Positions 1 through 18,097 of a stretch of 64,000 bases of DNA are shown one piece after another (the first letter of the stretch is position 1; each line of letters opens with the position of its first letter). Source of the DNA: Eledone cirrhosa (lineage: Eukaryota). A program made the position numbers and the translations under genes. The stretch is taken from NCBI GenBank assembly GCA_964016885.1, contig OZ024746.1, forward strand, positions 36,270,001-36,334,000, given 5' to 3'. The notes below the pieces were generated by a model. That model was not told where the DNA came from and did no database searches. It was given only the letters and a program-made list of their open reading frames with translations.

Positions 1-750
1 AAATGTGGTAAGGAACCAGGTGGACCATAACGCACCAAAGTACTCAATACTTGGGGTAGTAGAGTGGGAAATAGGAACCAGTAAGACCCCGACAGCTGAG
101 CTCAAGCCGTTTCGACGGCTAATTCTGGACTAAATGAACATTTATCCTGGTATTTAAATAGCCGATCTTCTCAAGGGGTAATTCCATATATGGTCAAAGT
201 GATTGTCAAAAATCAGTAGTAATTCTGTGATTGCAAATTAGTAGGGGAGATGGTGGCTAAACCTGCCAGTAGGAGAAAGAGGGGAGGGGTGGAGTAGACC
301 CAATCAAGCGTTGGTAGTGCCAGCTACAGGTGGGCATGAGGTCAAAGAAGATACTGGGGAGGGGGAGGGGGAGGAAGTCGGAACGGTAGGTAGAACAATG
401 GAGGGTAAAAATATATATGAAAGAAAAAATACTGAGAGTGAAGAAAAGCGAATAAGTGTAGAGAAAAAAAAAAAAGAAAAAAAAGTAAAGCAAGTTCTAC
501 GACCTAGGTCTCTAACTATTATTAGGCTAGAATAAATAAATAAATAAAGAAAGAAAGAAGTAAAGAAAGAAATAAAGAAATAACGAAATAAGTAAAAGAA
601 CTAGGTGGGACGGTTAAGGCAAGGACCCTTTTAAGAGGTATAAGAACGTAAATGATACGGTGACGGGTCAACAAAAGGGGCCAAAATACTAAAGAGACTA
701 CCACGAAATAAATAATAAAGGTTTCTACCCGGGCACAATGCCAGCAACCA
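1..750 (-). mobile_element. 3' UTR/pseudo-LTR of a probable PLE (family C), cut by the window edge
   Basis: Bases 1-131 recur at 13305-13435 and 26148-26263 next to (TA)n. Carries an HHR at 86-179. No coding remnant recognised, so PLE identity is inferred. Confidence 0.5.
86..179 (-). ncRNA. Type I hammerhead ribozyme, U3-A8 core variant
   Basis: Minus strand: ACCCC-TTGAGAA-GA(T)CGGCTA..TAGCCGTC-GAAA-CGGCT tgagctc AGCTG-TC-GGGGT. Stems I, II and III all pair. GUC cleavage triplet. Confidence 0.75.
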
Positions 751-754
751 CCTA

Positions 755-1747
755 GTGCAGCAAAGTGAACTAGTACGAGATAATAATTCTGACGTCCGAG
801 CCCTCAACACCTGCCATTCCCATGCCTTCTTCACCCGATATGTAGATGACATACTCATCCTTACATCATCCCATGAGGAGGCAGAGAAAATATACACAAC
901 ATTCTCCAGCATGGACGCCAGTATAAAGTTCAGCATGGAACACCCCGATGACCGCGAATCCCTATCCCTACTGGACTTCCAACTCAGGGTAACAGAGGAA
1001 GGCAACATCCACACCTGCTTCTATAAAAAATCCGCCAGCAGGGACCTGTTCGTACATTTCAGATCGGCCCTCCCACTCTGTGCCAAGTTCGGATACATAA
1101 AGAACGAACTGGCACGTATCAAGAACAAATGCACCGACGCCAGAGACCGAGACACACACACCACACATTTCCTGGAAGTACTCAAACTGAACGGATACAC
1201 GACATCCACCACAAGCCGTGCCAGAAAGAACAGAGGACACCACACCCGAGGCACTAACACTTGCTTCCTGAAGCTCCCCCACTTCAGTGAAGAAACAACA
1301 GCAGCCATCCGCAGAGCCATCAGACGAGAGGGACTGGATATCCAACTGGCCCACTCGGGTCCTTCTTTGCGCGGACGGCTGGCCAAGAGACACTCCACCA
1401 GACATAACAACTGCTGCAGACTAGCCAACTGCCCCAACAACGACACAGACCTATGCCACCAGGCTTACGTAGTATACAGACTAGAGTGTGACAAATGCAA
1501 CAACTTCTACGTAGGTAGCACCACCAGACCACTCCACATAAGAATAAAAGAACACCTCAATACTAACGCTTCCTCATTTAAGAAACATCTAGTTAAATGC
1601 AAAAACACCGATAAAAACATAACAGTTAGGATAGAAACTAAGGAAAGAAAACTCGGCAATCTTTGAATTAAGGAAGCACTTATTATAGATAAAACACATC
1701 CACCAATCAATAATAGACTAGAGCTCAACACCAAATTTATAACCTGA
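755..1747 (+). pseudogene. 5'-truncated PLE ORF: RT C-half (RYVDD, LLDF, YKK) plus GIY-YIG endonuclease
   Basis: Motifs FTRYVDDIL, SLSLLDF and VVYRLECDKCNNFYVGSTTRPLHIRIKEH. In-frame TGA at 1664-1666, then IKEALII...INNRLE to a stop at 1745-1747. Confidence 0.88.
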
Positions 1748-2350
1748 TAGGGCTTCTAGCCCCATATTTACACACCCCACACACACACACACGCACACAC
1801 ACACACGCTTACACCTCCACTTATTCTATCTCACACATACACACACAAAACCAGTTCTAACACCAGATAACACCTACCCCCCCACTTTTACGATTAGACC
1901 TATCTTCCCACACACACACCACACACCCACATACCTACACCTCCATGCATTCTCCCACACACATATACAGGCACGTATATAAAATTTGAAAAAAAAAAAA
2001 AAAACCCTAAACAAACCCCTCTTAAAGGGAGACTACTCTTTATCCACCTAATTTTAATTCTTTGATATTAGAGTTAGAACAGATACTCTATACTATTTCC
2101 GGTCAGCATGGCTTGACTAGAGATTTAAGACGCTGGTTTGAGACCTTTACTTCCCTCCGAAGAAGAGATATTATCTCGAAAATTAAGGACATTTAAATAA
2201 ATTCAAGGTGAAAGACGAATTCTCATCAATATCTTTCACTATTGCATTCTTTTTTCTATGTCCATACCTGCATTGTTCTGGCCTTATTACACATATTCAA
2301 ACGTTTATACCTCATTCCACAATGCTTCAAGTGAACTATAACCTCCTCCT

Positions 2351-2352
<2 letters not shown>
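790..2352 (+). mobile_element. PLE copy: ORF remnant, CA-rich 3' UTR, minimal HHR, ending in (TA)n
   Basis: ORF above, then 3' UTR, HHR at 2154-2188 and a (TA)n tract from ~2355. Confidence 0.8.
2154..2188 (+). ncRNA. Minimal hammerhead ribozyme (C4 variant)
   Basis: CCT-CCGAAGA-A-GAGATA T TATCTC-GAAA-AT-TA-AGG. Palindromic AATT stem III, typical of dimer-forming PLE minimal HHRs. Confidence 0.65.
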
Positions 2353-2426
<74 letters not shown>

Positions 2427-2669
2427 GAGAGAGAGAGAGAAAGAGTGCTGTTAAAATGTTGGGTAAATAATCTATAGCGGTTGGACGCGAAGCCGCTGCT
2501 GTGGCGTATTTATTTACTGTTTCTTCATAGGTGCCTTTTATTCTTATAGCCTGGTCTAATTGATTTTTTGTGTGGTTAATTATGCTGATTAGGAGTAGAT
2601 ATATTATCAAATAATTCTCTTTTCATGCTTTACTCTATTGTATTAGGCTCTGATTATTTAATTTATTAA

Positions 2670-2853
2670 AGCGGTGGATTGGCAGTATCAAGAGAGGGTC
2701 GGACGCCATGCTTTCCATCAGATTTACGTCCCTTTACGATCTGAGTTCAAATCGCGCCGAGATTGACTTTGCCTTTCATCCTTACGTGGTCGATAAAATA
2801 AAGTACCAGTAATGCACTGTGTAATTGCTGGCCATGTGCCTAAAATAGAAACA
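2670..2853 (+). mobile_element. tRNA-derived SINE, full length, with 17-bp TSD
   Basis: A-box-like TGGCAGTATCAAG, B-box GAGTTCAAATC, central GCCTTTCATCCTT..GTCGATAAAATAAAGTACCAGT. TSD ATTATTTAATTTATTAA at 2653-2669 and 2854-2870. Confidence 0.85.
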
Positions 2854-3001
2854 ATTATTTAATTTATTAATTCTTCATTGAGCCACATCGTGAATAGTTG
2901 CCAAAACGACATATATAGTTGGGATTTTGTTTAATTCGTGTATGTGTAAATATTTATATATATATATATATATTTTTTTTTTAATACACATATTTATATA
3001 C

Positions 3002-4811
<1,810 letters not shown>

Positions 4812-4832
4812 GTGCATATATATATATATATA

Positions 4833-4912
<80 letters not shown>

Positions 4913-5153
4913 GCTCCCTCGGTTGAGCTCTTATATTTTTTTAGTTTCAGAAGATTCCGTTATGGGTGAAAGAAGCGATTCTTTGATTAAACTTTAATTT
5001 GTTTATTTTAATAAATATTTCCTCTAGGGTTCTTATTTATTTCATATATGGTTATCCTTATCGAGCCTTCTTCGGATTTTACTCTTCACATTTATTATAA
5101 CTATATAAACACACATACTTACACATGTGTGTTTATACATAAATACACATACT

Positions 5154-5246
<93 letters not shown>

Positions 5247-5466
5247 GGATTAATATCTAGTAACATATATATACAGCAAACCACTTTCCACTGATTGACC
5301 TCGATGTCACTTGATTGATTCTTTTTGAATTCACCACAGACGCAGAGGCAGTGATTTTCTCAATGGCTAGGAATTCAGTCCACGCTTTGCTATTTCCTAT
5401 CCACTGAATTATTTTTTAATATGTTTCTAGAGTCCTCGCTTTGCCTGGAAACTTAGCTGAGAATAG

Positions 5467-5548
5467 GCTTCCCTGACGACGGAATGTTTCTACATATCTT
5501 CTTCGGAAAATATATTTACTCCATTTCAGAAACTAATTAGTTGGAAGT
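5467..5548 (+). ncRNA. Type I hammerhead ribozyme (repeat unit 1)
   Basis: GCTTCC-CTGACGA-C-GGAATG..CATTTC-A-GAAA-CTAATTAG-TT-GGAAGT. Confidence 0.8.
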
Positions 5549-5988
5549 GATATTTTAGTAAGTAAGTTAATTTTATAATTTTCTTATTTTACGTCTCTCA
5601 TATTATTGTTCTGCAACCCCATGCATTGAACCACTATGTTACTAAGACAAAACCTATATATTTGCTAGCATTGATATGCATCTGTATGTATATATATGTT
5701 ACGAGATATTAATTCTTTATAATTATCTCCAAATTATGTGTCGAGCAATATTGGCCATGGCTGCTGCTATGGTAGTAGGCAGGCCGCTGTCTTATTAGCA
5801 AACCACTTTCCACTGATTGACCTCGATGTCACGTGATTGATTCTTTTTGAATTCGCCACAGACGCAGAGGCAGTGATTTTCTCAATGGATAGGATTTCAG
5901 TCCACGCTTTGCTATTTCCTATCAACTGAATTATTTTTTAATAAGTTTCCAGAGTCCTCGCTTTGACTGGAAACTTAGCTGAGAATAG

Positions 5989-6070
5989 ACTTCCCTGACG
6001 ACGGAATGTTTCTATATATCTTCTTCGGAAAATATATTTACTCCATTCCAGAAACTAATTAGTTGGAAGT
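5989..6070 (+). ncRNA. Type I hammerhead ribozyme (repeat unit 2)
   Basis: ACTTCC-CTGACGA-C-GGAATG..CATTCC-A-GAAA-CTAATTAG-TT-GGAAGT. Perfect 6-bp stems I and II. Confidence 0.85.
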
Positions 6071-6141
6071 GATGTTTTAGTAAGTAAGTTCATTTTATAA
6101 TTATCTTATTTTACGTCTCTCATATATATATATATATATAC

Positions 6142-6240
<99 letters not shown>

Positions 6241-6350
6241 TATGTATGTATATATATATATATATATATATAAATATATAAATATATATATATACATATA
6301 TATAGCAAATTTTAAATCCGAAGGCAAGGTAAAATGTCAAATCATTTTAA

Positions 6351-6424
6351 TCACGACATATGTTTCAATAAGACATAGATCGAACGTGAAGCCATGATCA
6401 ATGATCACTGATCTCATCAGCTGA
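6351..6424 (-). ncRNA. Hammerhead ribozyme, slightly degenerate
   Basis: Minus strand: TCAG-CTGATGA-GATC...-GAAA-CATATG-TC-GTGA. Palindromic stem III and GUC site. One mismatch in stem I, irregular stem II. Confidence 0.55.
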
Positions 6425-6619
6425 AAATGAATTGTCTTCAAATTCTCGATATGAGGGAGAACATTTTAATTTTGATACAAATACTCCGTTTTACATCATC
6501 TATATGTTCCCTTGAATGGAATTGGAGATATACAAAAGCGTGAAGAACTTACTATTGGTTACACAAAACGTATTCGACCGTTTCACACAACCAATAATAC
6601 AGCTTACTATGAAACTACA

Positions 6620-6672
<53 letters not shown>

Positions 6673-6713
6673 CACTGGGAACAACTTGTCAGCATTTTCT
6701 TTTCCTTTTACCA

Positions 6714-9777
<3,064 letters not shown>

Positions 9778-10019
9778 TATATACATACACATTTATATAG
9801 ATATATATATATAACTTTCTTTTATATATACCAAGTATATTATACATATTTATACGAATAAAACAGTTATGAAGAGATGCTGTCCATAGAGTTTCGGGTT
9901 AATCAGCTACCATTAATATATATATATATACATAAATATATATATATACTATATATAAGTATGTGTGTTTATGTATGTACGTATGTATGTGTGTGTATAT
10001 GTGTGTGTGTAGTAATAAT

Positions 10020-10111
10020 TGATTCTACTTTTGGCACAATGCTAGTAATTAACCAGTACATTACTGGTACTTTATTTTATCGACCCCGTAAGGATGAAAG
10101 GCAAAGTTAAC
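10020..10111 (-). mobile_element. SINE 3' fragment
   Basis: Matches the 3' half of the SINE at 2670-2853. Confidence 0.75.
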
Positions 10112-11516
10112 GTGTGTAGTAATAATAATGAAACAAAGCTGTCGAACATGACCGACAAATCATCGGTGGTATTCTCTCTCACTCAATAATACAACTAAAT
10201 CTGTTTTTAGAAGGCACAAACTCAATAATATTTACATACATAACGACACGTTAATCAGTGTGAAAAACATGATTTCGTGTGGGTAGGAACATCGATTTTC
10301 TGGCCCATGACCAATGCCTTATTTTATGTGACTTCATCTGCTAGTGGCAGTCCATGTGGATCTACAATGAGCAGCGATTGGGTAATGTTATTAAACATTA
10401 CTCAAATAGCTAGAATCACGTCTTCAGCAGCGATTAGATTCCCAGGAACGGACAGTTCCGCACAGCTATCCACCGCACCACTCCGATTAGCATCGGCTAG
10501 TGTAGTAGTAATCCCGGCTTCCATTGATACTTGACTTAACACCAATTCCTAAGTAAGTGTGTCCTGACCAATCATATGGAACACTTTACGTCAAATTGAA
10601 AACGTGAACAGGCAATAAATCACTCAACAAGAGGCTTCCATAGAGAAAGAAAAATAGTTATGAATAAATCAAACTACAATAGAGAAAATAAAAAAATTCC
10701 ACTTACAATGTCAATACGGCTTAATCCACTGCGAGTATAAAATAATAATGAAACGAAGCTTTCGAAAAGGACCGATACATATATAAATACATAGTTGTTA
10801 GAATGATTTAAATGCAAATTTCCCGCATGAAATCATTTTTAAATCAGCAATTGATCCGGTTTTCTGTTCTTGCGCTTGCAAGTGTCTTTTCTGTGAGCCT
10901 GTCCCTTTTTGCATTTCTCAACCATTAAAAAAATAATCAATATTTATATCATGAAATACTTGTTTTTAACCTTATTTCTTGTAACATATTTTATTTATTA
11001 AATTTTGAAAAATTTCAACATAAGCTGAATATCATTTTGTGAATAAAGTGTATTTTCTCTTTAAAAAAAAACGGTTTTAGTTCTGGCTTCACAAATATGA
11101 TTTTGAAATACCTTTTATTGGTAATTTATTTTACATTGTATTTCTTCCATGATGGAACATAATGAATATATATTCTTTTCTCTGAAAGAACCTATTCAAG
11201 AATAAAAAATGTCACATTGTTTTAATGTCAAAAGAAAATTGTTCCTCTATCTTAGAAATGATATTGAGGAAAGCTCCTAGAAAATGGTTAAAGAAAAATA
11301 GAATAATGCGAAACAGAGACACACATAGTTACACAAAAAACGCAAAGCATCATATGCCTACGCATTATTACTGGTTGGTCTACATATGCATTTTAGTCTA
11401 TCTGTACATGTAGGCTTGCACATCATGCAGTAATTTGAAGAAGTGTTGAATATGCTGTTGTTAAATAAATCTCATCTCTTCTGAGCAGTAGGCATGCTAC
11501 AATGAAAACGAAACGC

Positions 11517-11586
11517 TCATAAGGAATTTATGTAACCTTAGAAACCAGAGGTTTCTGGTTTCTAAGGTTACATAAATTCCTTATGA
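11517..11586. repeat. Perfect 33-bp inverted repeat with 4-nt loop
   Basis: TCATAAGGAATTTATGTAACCTTAGAAACCAGA-ggtt-TCTGGTTTCTAAGGTTACATAAATTCCTTATGA. Confidence 0.9.
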
Positions 11587-11823
11587 ATACTTACCCCTTT
11601 CCCCGATGATATGTATATATTTAAACCATATACATACTCACACAGTAATCCCCATACATACACAATCATACATATGATCTTGAATATGTCACAAGCTAAA
11701 ACTGGTCAATTTTTATGACAAATATCCATCTCGTTAATTTACCAACGCTGTACTCCCCAATGCATCATGTAGTACTGCTCAGAGACTCAAAGTTCTGATG
11801 ATCCCGGTCCTTGTACCGTATGG

Positions 11824-11855
<32 letters not shown>

Positions 11856-11858
11856 CAA

Positions 11859-11924
<66 letters not shown>

Positions 11925-13298
11925 ATGTGTGTGTGTGTGTCTGTCTGTGTGTGTATGTGTGTGTGAGTGTGTTTTTTGTGTATATATCCTTAACACCGTT
12001 TCCTTTTTGCTACTGTTGGTTTCCAATTACGCATTTGCCTTGGTAAGCAAAAATAGATGCTTACTTACATACACACATATGTGCATTTATATATTTGTAA
12101 CCTAATTGCTGGACACACATATGGATGCGCAAGTCTGGCTGCTGCATGAGTGAATGTGTAAATTTAAACATTAAATATTCAGGTCTGTAAAATGGCAGAT
12201 TAAATATTTCGTATATTGAAAAGCCTATCAGCTAGACAACCACAACTAAGTAAGTAAGTGTGGGGCTCATAATATGATAATGCGCACGATTTCGTGTTTA
12301 TGTGTGTGAATGTCTGATATATGTATGCGTGAGTGTGTTGCGTGTACGTGTAATTAAACATAACATTCTCAACGAATCTCTAGAGAAGGCCTTACACTGA
12401 ATCACGAAAATGTTACATTTTTTCAGGCTATTTCTTTTAAGATAGGCAACGAATTTTCAGTATCTTTAGAGCTTCAGGTTGAGTTCCTTGCTGTTCAGTA
12501 AAATCAAATCCTTCCGGGGTCAACTTTGCCTTTCGTCCTTTCGAAGTAGATAAACATATGCATCACTGTACATGTACATCTATGCATGTACATCTATTTC
12601 TCATTTCCTCTCTTACACTTTCTATCCTTCTGTTGATGATATCTACTATACTCAGGCCTAGAAAAAACGAAGAGATCCGCCAGGTTTAATATGCCCTAGG
12701 TACGCCGTATTTCAATGCAGCACACCCTATGACTCAATCAGAAGGTAAGTGACCATAGCACCTCGTAATTATCTTATTAAAATGTGAAATGATTATGTTG
12801 TTTACTATTAGAGAAGCCATGGTTAAGCAGAAGTTTGGTTAAATAAGCTATAGCATATATCAGTCTTACATGATGAAAATTAAATAGTTTAATGCACGTA
12901 AAAAACGGGCAAATTTTATTTCACAACGATATTTTTGCATAGATTCAAAAACAACTAATCTTCTTCCTTCAATTATGGGTGGATGGAGATTGGGTGGCGA
13001 GCATGTTATAATACAAATATTATATTGAATATGAAATAACAGTAAACACAAGTATTACAAATAGTAAAGTTAGACAAATTAACGATATATATTTGTTCAT
13101 GTCCGTACCTAAATAAAGGTAGGTGAAATAAATTTAATACATCGAAGAAAGATAAAAAGTTACGAGCGAAATAAATTTTCATAAAATGGTATATAAAATC
13201 TTGCTCCAAATGACCAGACAATAATACGTTGGAAACATTGCAATAACCTATCAGAGAGATTAATATTATAATTATCATATATATATATATATATATAA

Positions 13299-13500
13299 CG
13301 AAAGAAATGTGGTAAAGAACCAGGTGGACCATAACGCACCAAAGTACTCAATACTTAGAGTAGTAGAGTGGGTAATAGGAACCAGTAAGACCCCGACGGC
13401 TGAGCTCAAGCCGTTTCGACGGCTAATTCTGGACTGTATTAGTCCAGAATTAGCCGTCGAAACGGCTTGAGCTCACCCGCGGGGGTCTTACTGGTTCCTA
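13299..13500. mobile_element. Fold-back fragment of PLE family C terminus between (TA)n tracts
   Basis: 13376-13435 and 13441-13500 are inverted arms around a GTATT spacer. Sequence matches 1-131. Confidence 0.8.
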
Positions 13501-13508
13501 TATATATG

Positions 13509-13622
<114 letters not shown>

Positions 13623-14672
13623 GCATCACTCTAGTTCAGAGGTCTACTATGAAATCTTTGGTAAATGGAATAATTGTATTGTGTTGTGTATTATCTAATT
13701 ATATATAAGTAAGTCCATATGTTCCTTCAAATATTTGATATGAAAAACAACAACGATATCTTAAAACGTATTCGACATTTGCATATATCCTTATTGGAAA
13801 TATTTGAAAACTTCTCTAAATCTATCACTGAATAATTTTCCCCTTATTCCAAACCAGGTAAACCACTGCACTGTTAGTGGAACCTCTGTTTATTATTTTT
13901 TTTTTATGGCTGTAGGTTTATTTTCATCAGGCACACAAAAACATACTCACACAAACATATGACGTTACGATTTTTTTTTACATAACATCGGATTTCGTAT
14001 TAATTCAACATATGTTATCTTATATATGTTTATATATAATCGAAAAATCGAGGAGGTTTCGTTTACATATGAAAAGTATTTATTGCTTATCTACACAATA
14101 TATATATATGTATATATATATATAGATATAGATATGAGTGTGTGTATGTATGGGGGGGGGGGGGGGGGGGTATATATATATACATATGTACACATGTACA
14201 TATTCCAATTATCATTTATTTGTGAAATTAAAAAGAATGCAGCAAGCTGTTTCGTTTGAAATGAAATATTATTTAAAATACAATAAGATTTTGTTCATCA
14301 GAAATATAAATTTATTTGCTTTACCTGAATCTATTATTAAGTATTTCTCGTAAGCATGTAATTTCACCAAGGAAAATATTATTCTGCTGACACTATACGT
14401 ACGTACTGCTCTCTGAAATTTTGCGTGGATATTCCGGTGTCTATATAGGTTATTTCAATAATTGATACACAACAAGCATGACTGCAGATTACATCTAATG
14501 AGTAGATACTTCCGGTCACCAATAAAATCATAGCTTAATGGACAACTCGGCAGAAAAACCGTTGATTTTGTATTTAGTGATTTCTTAGTGTTGCGTTATA
14601 TAAATATATATTGCAAATTAAAAAGTAATTAACAGAATCAAGCAAACATAATTTGTATATGCATTCATACAT

Positions 14673-14732
<60 letters not shown>

Positions 14733-14825
14733 GTGTGTATGTGTGTGTGTGCATGTGTGTGTATATGCATACATACACACACACACACACACCCACACAT
14801 ATATATATATATATATATATATGTA

Positions 14826-14979
14826 TTTTTAACCGTTGGTCACTCAATGATAAACGTTGATTGCCAAATAAATTAACTATGAAGATATAAAAGGTACAGA
14901 AGCAAAAACCAACCAAACAGTGAGTGTGTTCTGTTATTATTTCTGGAAATATTACAACAATGTTACCCTCCCCATGTAT

Positions 14980-14990
<11 letters not shown>
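14826..14990. repeat. Short dispersed repeat, also at ~57806-57972 and partly at 45040-45110
   Basis: TTTAACCGTTGGTCA..CAGAAGC.AAAACCAA..CAAACAGTGAGTG is shared, always abutting (TA)n. Confidence 0.7.
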
Positions 14991-15013
<23 letters not shown>

Positions 15014-15018
<5 letters not shown>

Positions 15019-15214
15019 AATGGTAAACAGGAATATCAATACAATCGGTACAGTTAATGGAAGGAATATATAAGTTTAAAGCTTGAAATAGCAGGAAGAG
15101 GGGCTGTACGTTTTGGAAGCCAGTCCTTCATCGGTAGGAATATATGAAATTAAGATGATTGAAGGCGGACTTAGGATAATATGTTTTTTCAGAAAAAAAA
15201 AAACATATGTACAC

Positions 15215-15284
<70 letters not shown>

Positions 15285-15517
15285 ATATGTATATATATAT
15301 GTATATATATATATATGTGTACATATGTTTTTTTTTTTCTGAAAAAACATATTATCCTAAGTCCGCCTTCAATCATCTTAATTTCATATATTCCTTCCGA
15401 TGAAGGACTGGCCTCCAAAACGTACAGCCCCTCTTCCTGCTATTCTAAGCTTTAAACTTATATATTCCTTCCATTAACTGTACCGATTGTATTGATATTC
15501 CTGTTTACCATTAACAT
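15014..15517. repeat. ~200-bp inverted repeat around a (TA)n spacer, with degenerate HHR-like motif
   Basis: 15014-15215 vs 15315-15517 are near identical. CCGATGA-A-GGA..TCC-AAAA-CG-TA at 15397-15424. Confidence 0.8.
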
Positions 15518-15589
15518 ATATATATATATATATATAAATGTGTGTATGTGTGTGTGTGCATGTGTATATATATATATATATATAATAAT

Positions 15590-15771
15590 TGTTTCTACTT
15601 TAGGCACAAGGCCAGCAATTACCCAGTGCGTTACTGGTACTTTATTTCATCGACCCCGTAAGGATGAAAGGCAAAGTCAACCTCGGCGGGATTTGAACTC
15701 AGATCGTAAAGGGACGTAACTATGGTGGAGAGCATGGCGTCCGACCCTCTACCGATACTGCCAATCCACCG
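15590..15771 (-). mobile_element. tRNA-derived SINE
   Basis: Reverse complement of the 2670-2853 family. ATT tail at 15584-15590. Confidence 0.85.
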
Positions 15772-16316
15772 TAATATGAATATATAGATTTACAAATATA
15801 CTTATTGTAAGGGATCGCATACGGCACCCTTCTGACGTCACATGCAACATGGCATGGATAATTCATACAACGTAATGAATGCATTTTATCTCTGATTTTC
15901 GACTTCACCATTATTATTTCCATTTCATATTTCTAAGTGGCAACATTGCATTGCGGCATTGTTTCATTACTCAGACTAAATGTTAACATTAGGGAAAATG
16001 AAATATGACTTCCTACAATGATTTTGTGTAATATAGTCTTTTATCTCATTAGTAAAATAAGATCATTCAGCTAAGGTGTGTCTTTGGTTAAAAGCTTTTT
16101 GATTAATGAAATATATTGAGTAACTATTTCCCTCTAACCTAAATACTATATATGTATGGATGTGTGTGAGCGCGCGCGCGTGCCTGTGTATGTGTGCCTT
16201 TGTATATATAAATATATATATCATCATATATATATATATATATATATGGGTGTGTGTGTATAACTTAAATATACATATCCATATTCATACACTCACAATC
16301 ACACACGCACGCTCAT

Positions 16317-16356
<40 letters not shown>

Positions 16357-16411
16357 TGAGCGAGAGAGAGAGAGAGAGAAAAGGAGACGGAGGAATAAAC
16401 AACTACATATA

Positions 16412-16477
<66 letters not shown>

Positions 16478-16481
<4 letters not shown>

Positions 16482-17781
16482 GGAGGTGAGTGTTATTGTA
16501 GTACAATAAAGCAATGCAAATATCGGATAAGAAGCACTCTACAGTTTGTAGGACTGTATATACATAATATATAAGAACAAAAGATGGTTGAAAGTGTTCC
16601 AAGTATTTTGTTATGCGCATTTCAAAAACAAATATCATCATTAGATGATATCTGCGTTTTCATCAGATAAAATAGGGATACATGATATGAAGGTTAAAAA
16701 CACTTGTGAATAGTGAAGTTTTAAATCAACATATGAAAAATAATTTAAGATTGATGTGTGATATTGGGAAAAAGTGATGGGTGGTTTGGAAAGGGTGAGA
16801 AAGAGGAGGAGATGAGAATATAGAATGGTGGAGGAGGAGTATGAAAAGGAAGGATGAGAGAGGACGAGAGATGGGTGATAGAGAGAGAGAGATAGCCTTT
16901 AGAACTGAGAAAAATATAATTTGTATCACAGAGAGAAGTTAAAAAGCCGTTGGAAGATAATAGATAAATTAAAAGAATTTGAAATTAAAAGTTGATGAAT
17001 TGAAAAAGGGGTTAAGAATAATATTAAATTAAGGTTTTTACATTGAATGGTTAATAATATGTGCGAGGAAAAAGAAATTGTTAATATGTATTATTAAAAA
17101 ACAAATTAATATGAAATATTAATGGTATTAAGGCTGTACTGTGAAAAGAAGTAGAAGAGTGGATGAGTTATGAATTTAGAGGAATTAGTTAGTGTTTAAG
17201 TTGTTTTTATGTAATGTAATAAGTGTGCGTAATGTATGTAAATAGTTTGTTTACAAATGAGCGCAGAAAGCAAAGAAGACAATAATGTTTAAGGAAGAAA
17301 AAAATCTAACATCAAAATATACGAAATATATTTATAAGCCTTTGAGAAAAAGGATTTTAAACTAGTAAAGTATTAGATATTAGCTGTATACTTTATGGAA
17401 TATTCTGTGGAATTTATGCAAGGAGAGAGAAAATAAATCAGTGCGTCTATTTATTATAGAATCTAATATTAGATATACTGGTAAATTTCTCACATAAAAC
17501 AAAGATTACACGTTCTGGATAGGGAGGCATTCAAGTAGGGAGAGGCAGAACAAACTTTCCTCCAAGAGATGTTATAGTTAATATTTTTGTCTTTCAAGGA
17601 GCATATGAGTTCTGAGAGTGCCGTGTTAGTTGTTTTAAGTTGGTATCTAAAATAAGAATTGTGATTATAAAATCTCACTTTGAAGGAGGTGGAAGTGGAA
17701 ACGAAATAGGTAAAGGAATTGGTATCAGTAATAACTTTACATTCATATACTAAGTTTTTTTTAAGACAATGGTTATTGATC
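16478..17781 (-). mobile_element. PLE family B 3' end: GIY-YIG relic, 3' UTR, HHR
   Basis: Minus translation of 17490-17775: CLKKNLVYECKV..TYFVSTSTSFKVRFYNH..TALSELI..CNLC, similar to the EN at 49860-50350. Terminal part matches 45156-45413. Confidence 0.8.
16606..16672 (-). ncRNA. Type I hammerhead ribozyme (family B)
   Basis: TTTTAT-CTGATGA-long stem II-GAAA-TGCGCA-TA-ACAAAA, with one stem I mismatch. Confidence 0.7.
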
Positions 17782-17935
17782 TTATATTATATATATATAT
17801 TATATATATATGTATATAAGTGCGTTGAACGCATATTGGTACAGTAAAATTTCATCATCATACCGGGAAGTATTAGTAGTCTAGATCTTGTTGAGTTGCA
17901 TATCTGTAGCCGGAGATTTGCCTATTCTGTAATTA

Positions 17936-17985
<50 letters not shown>

Positions 17986-18004
17986 GTGTGGGTGTATATA
18001 TATA

Positions 18005-18097
<93 letters not shown>

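Larger units (their letters stand above)
5275..6121 (+). repeat. Non-coding 522-bp tandem repeat (~1.6 units), one HHR per unit (retrozyme-like)
   Basis: GCAAACCACTTTCCACTGATTGACC at ~5276 and ~5798. HHRs 522 bp apart. Homologous to the reverse complement of 58123-59647. Confidence 0.85.

Noticed and set aside
1664-1666. In-frame TGA in a PLE ORF as possible selenocysteine (as in some Naiad PLEs)
   Set aside because: The position expects Arg (NLRIKEAL-like), so CGA to TGA decay is simpler. The EN is C-terminal and no SECIS was recognised.
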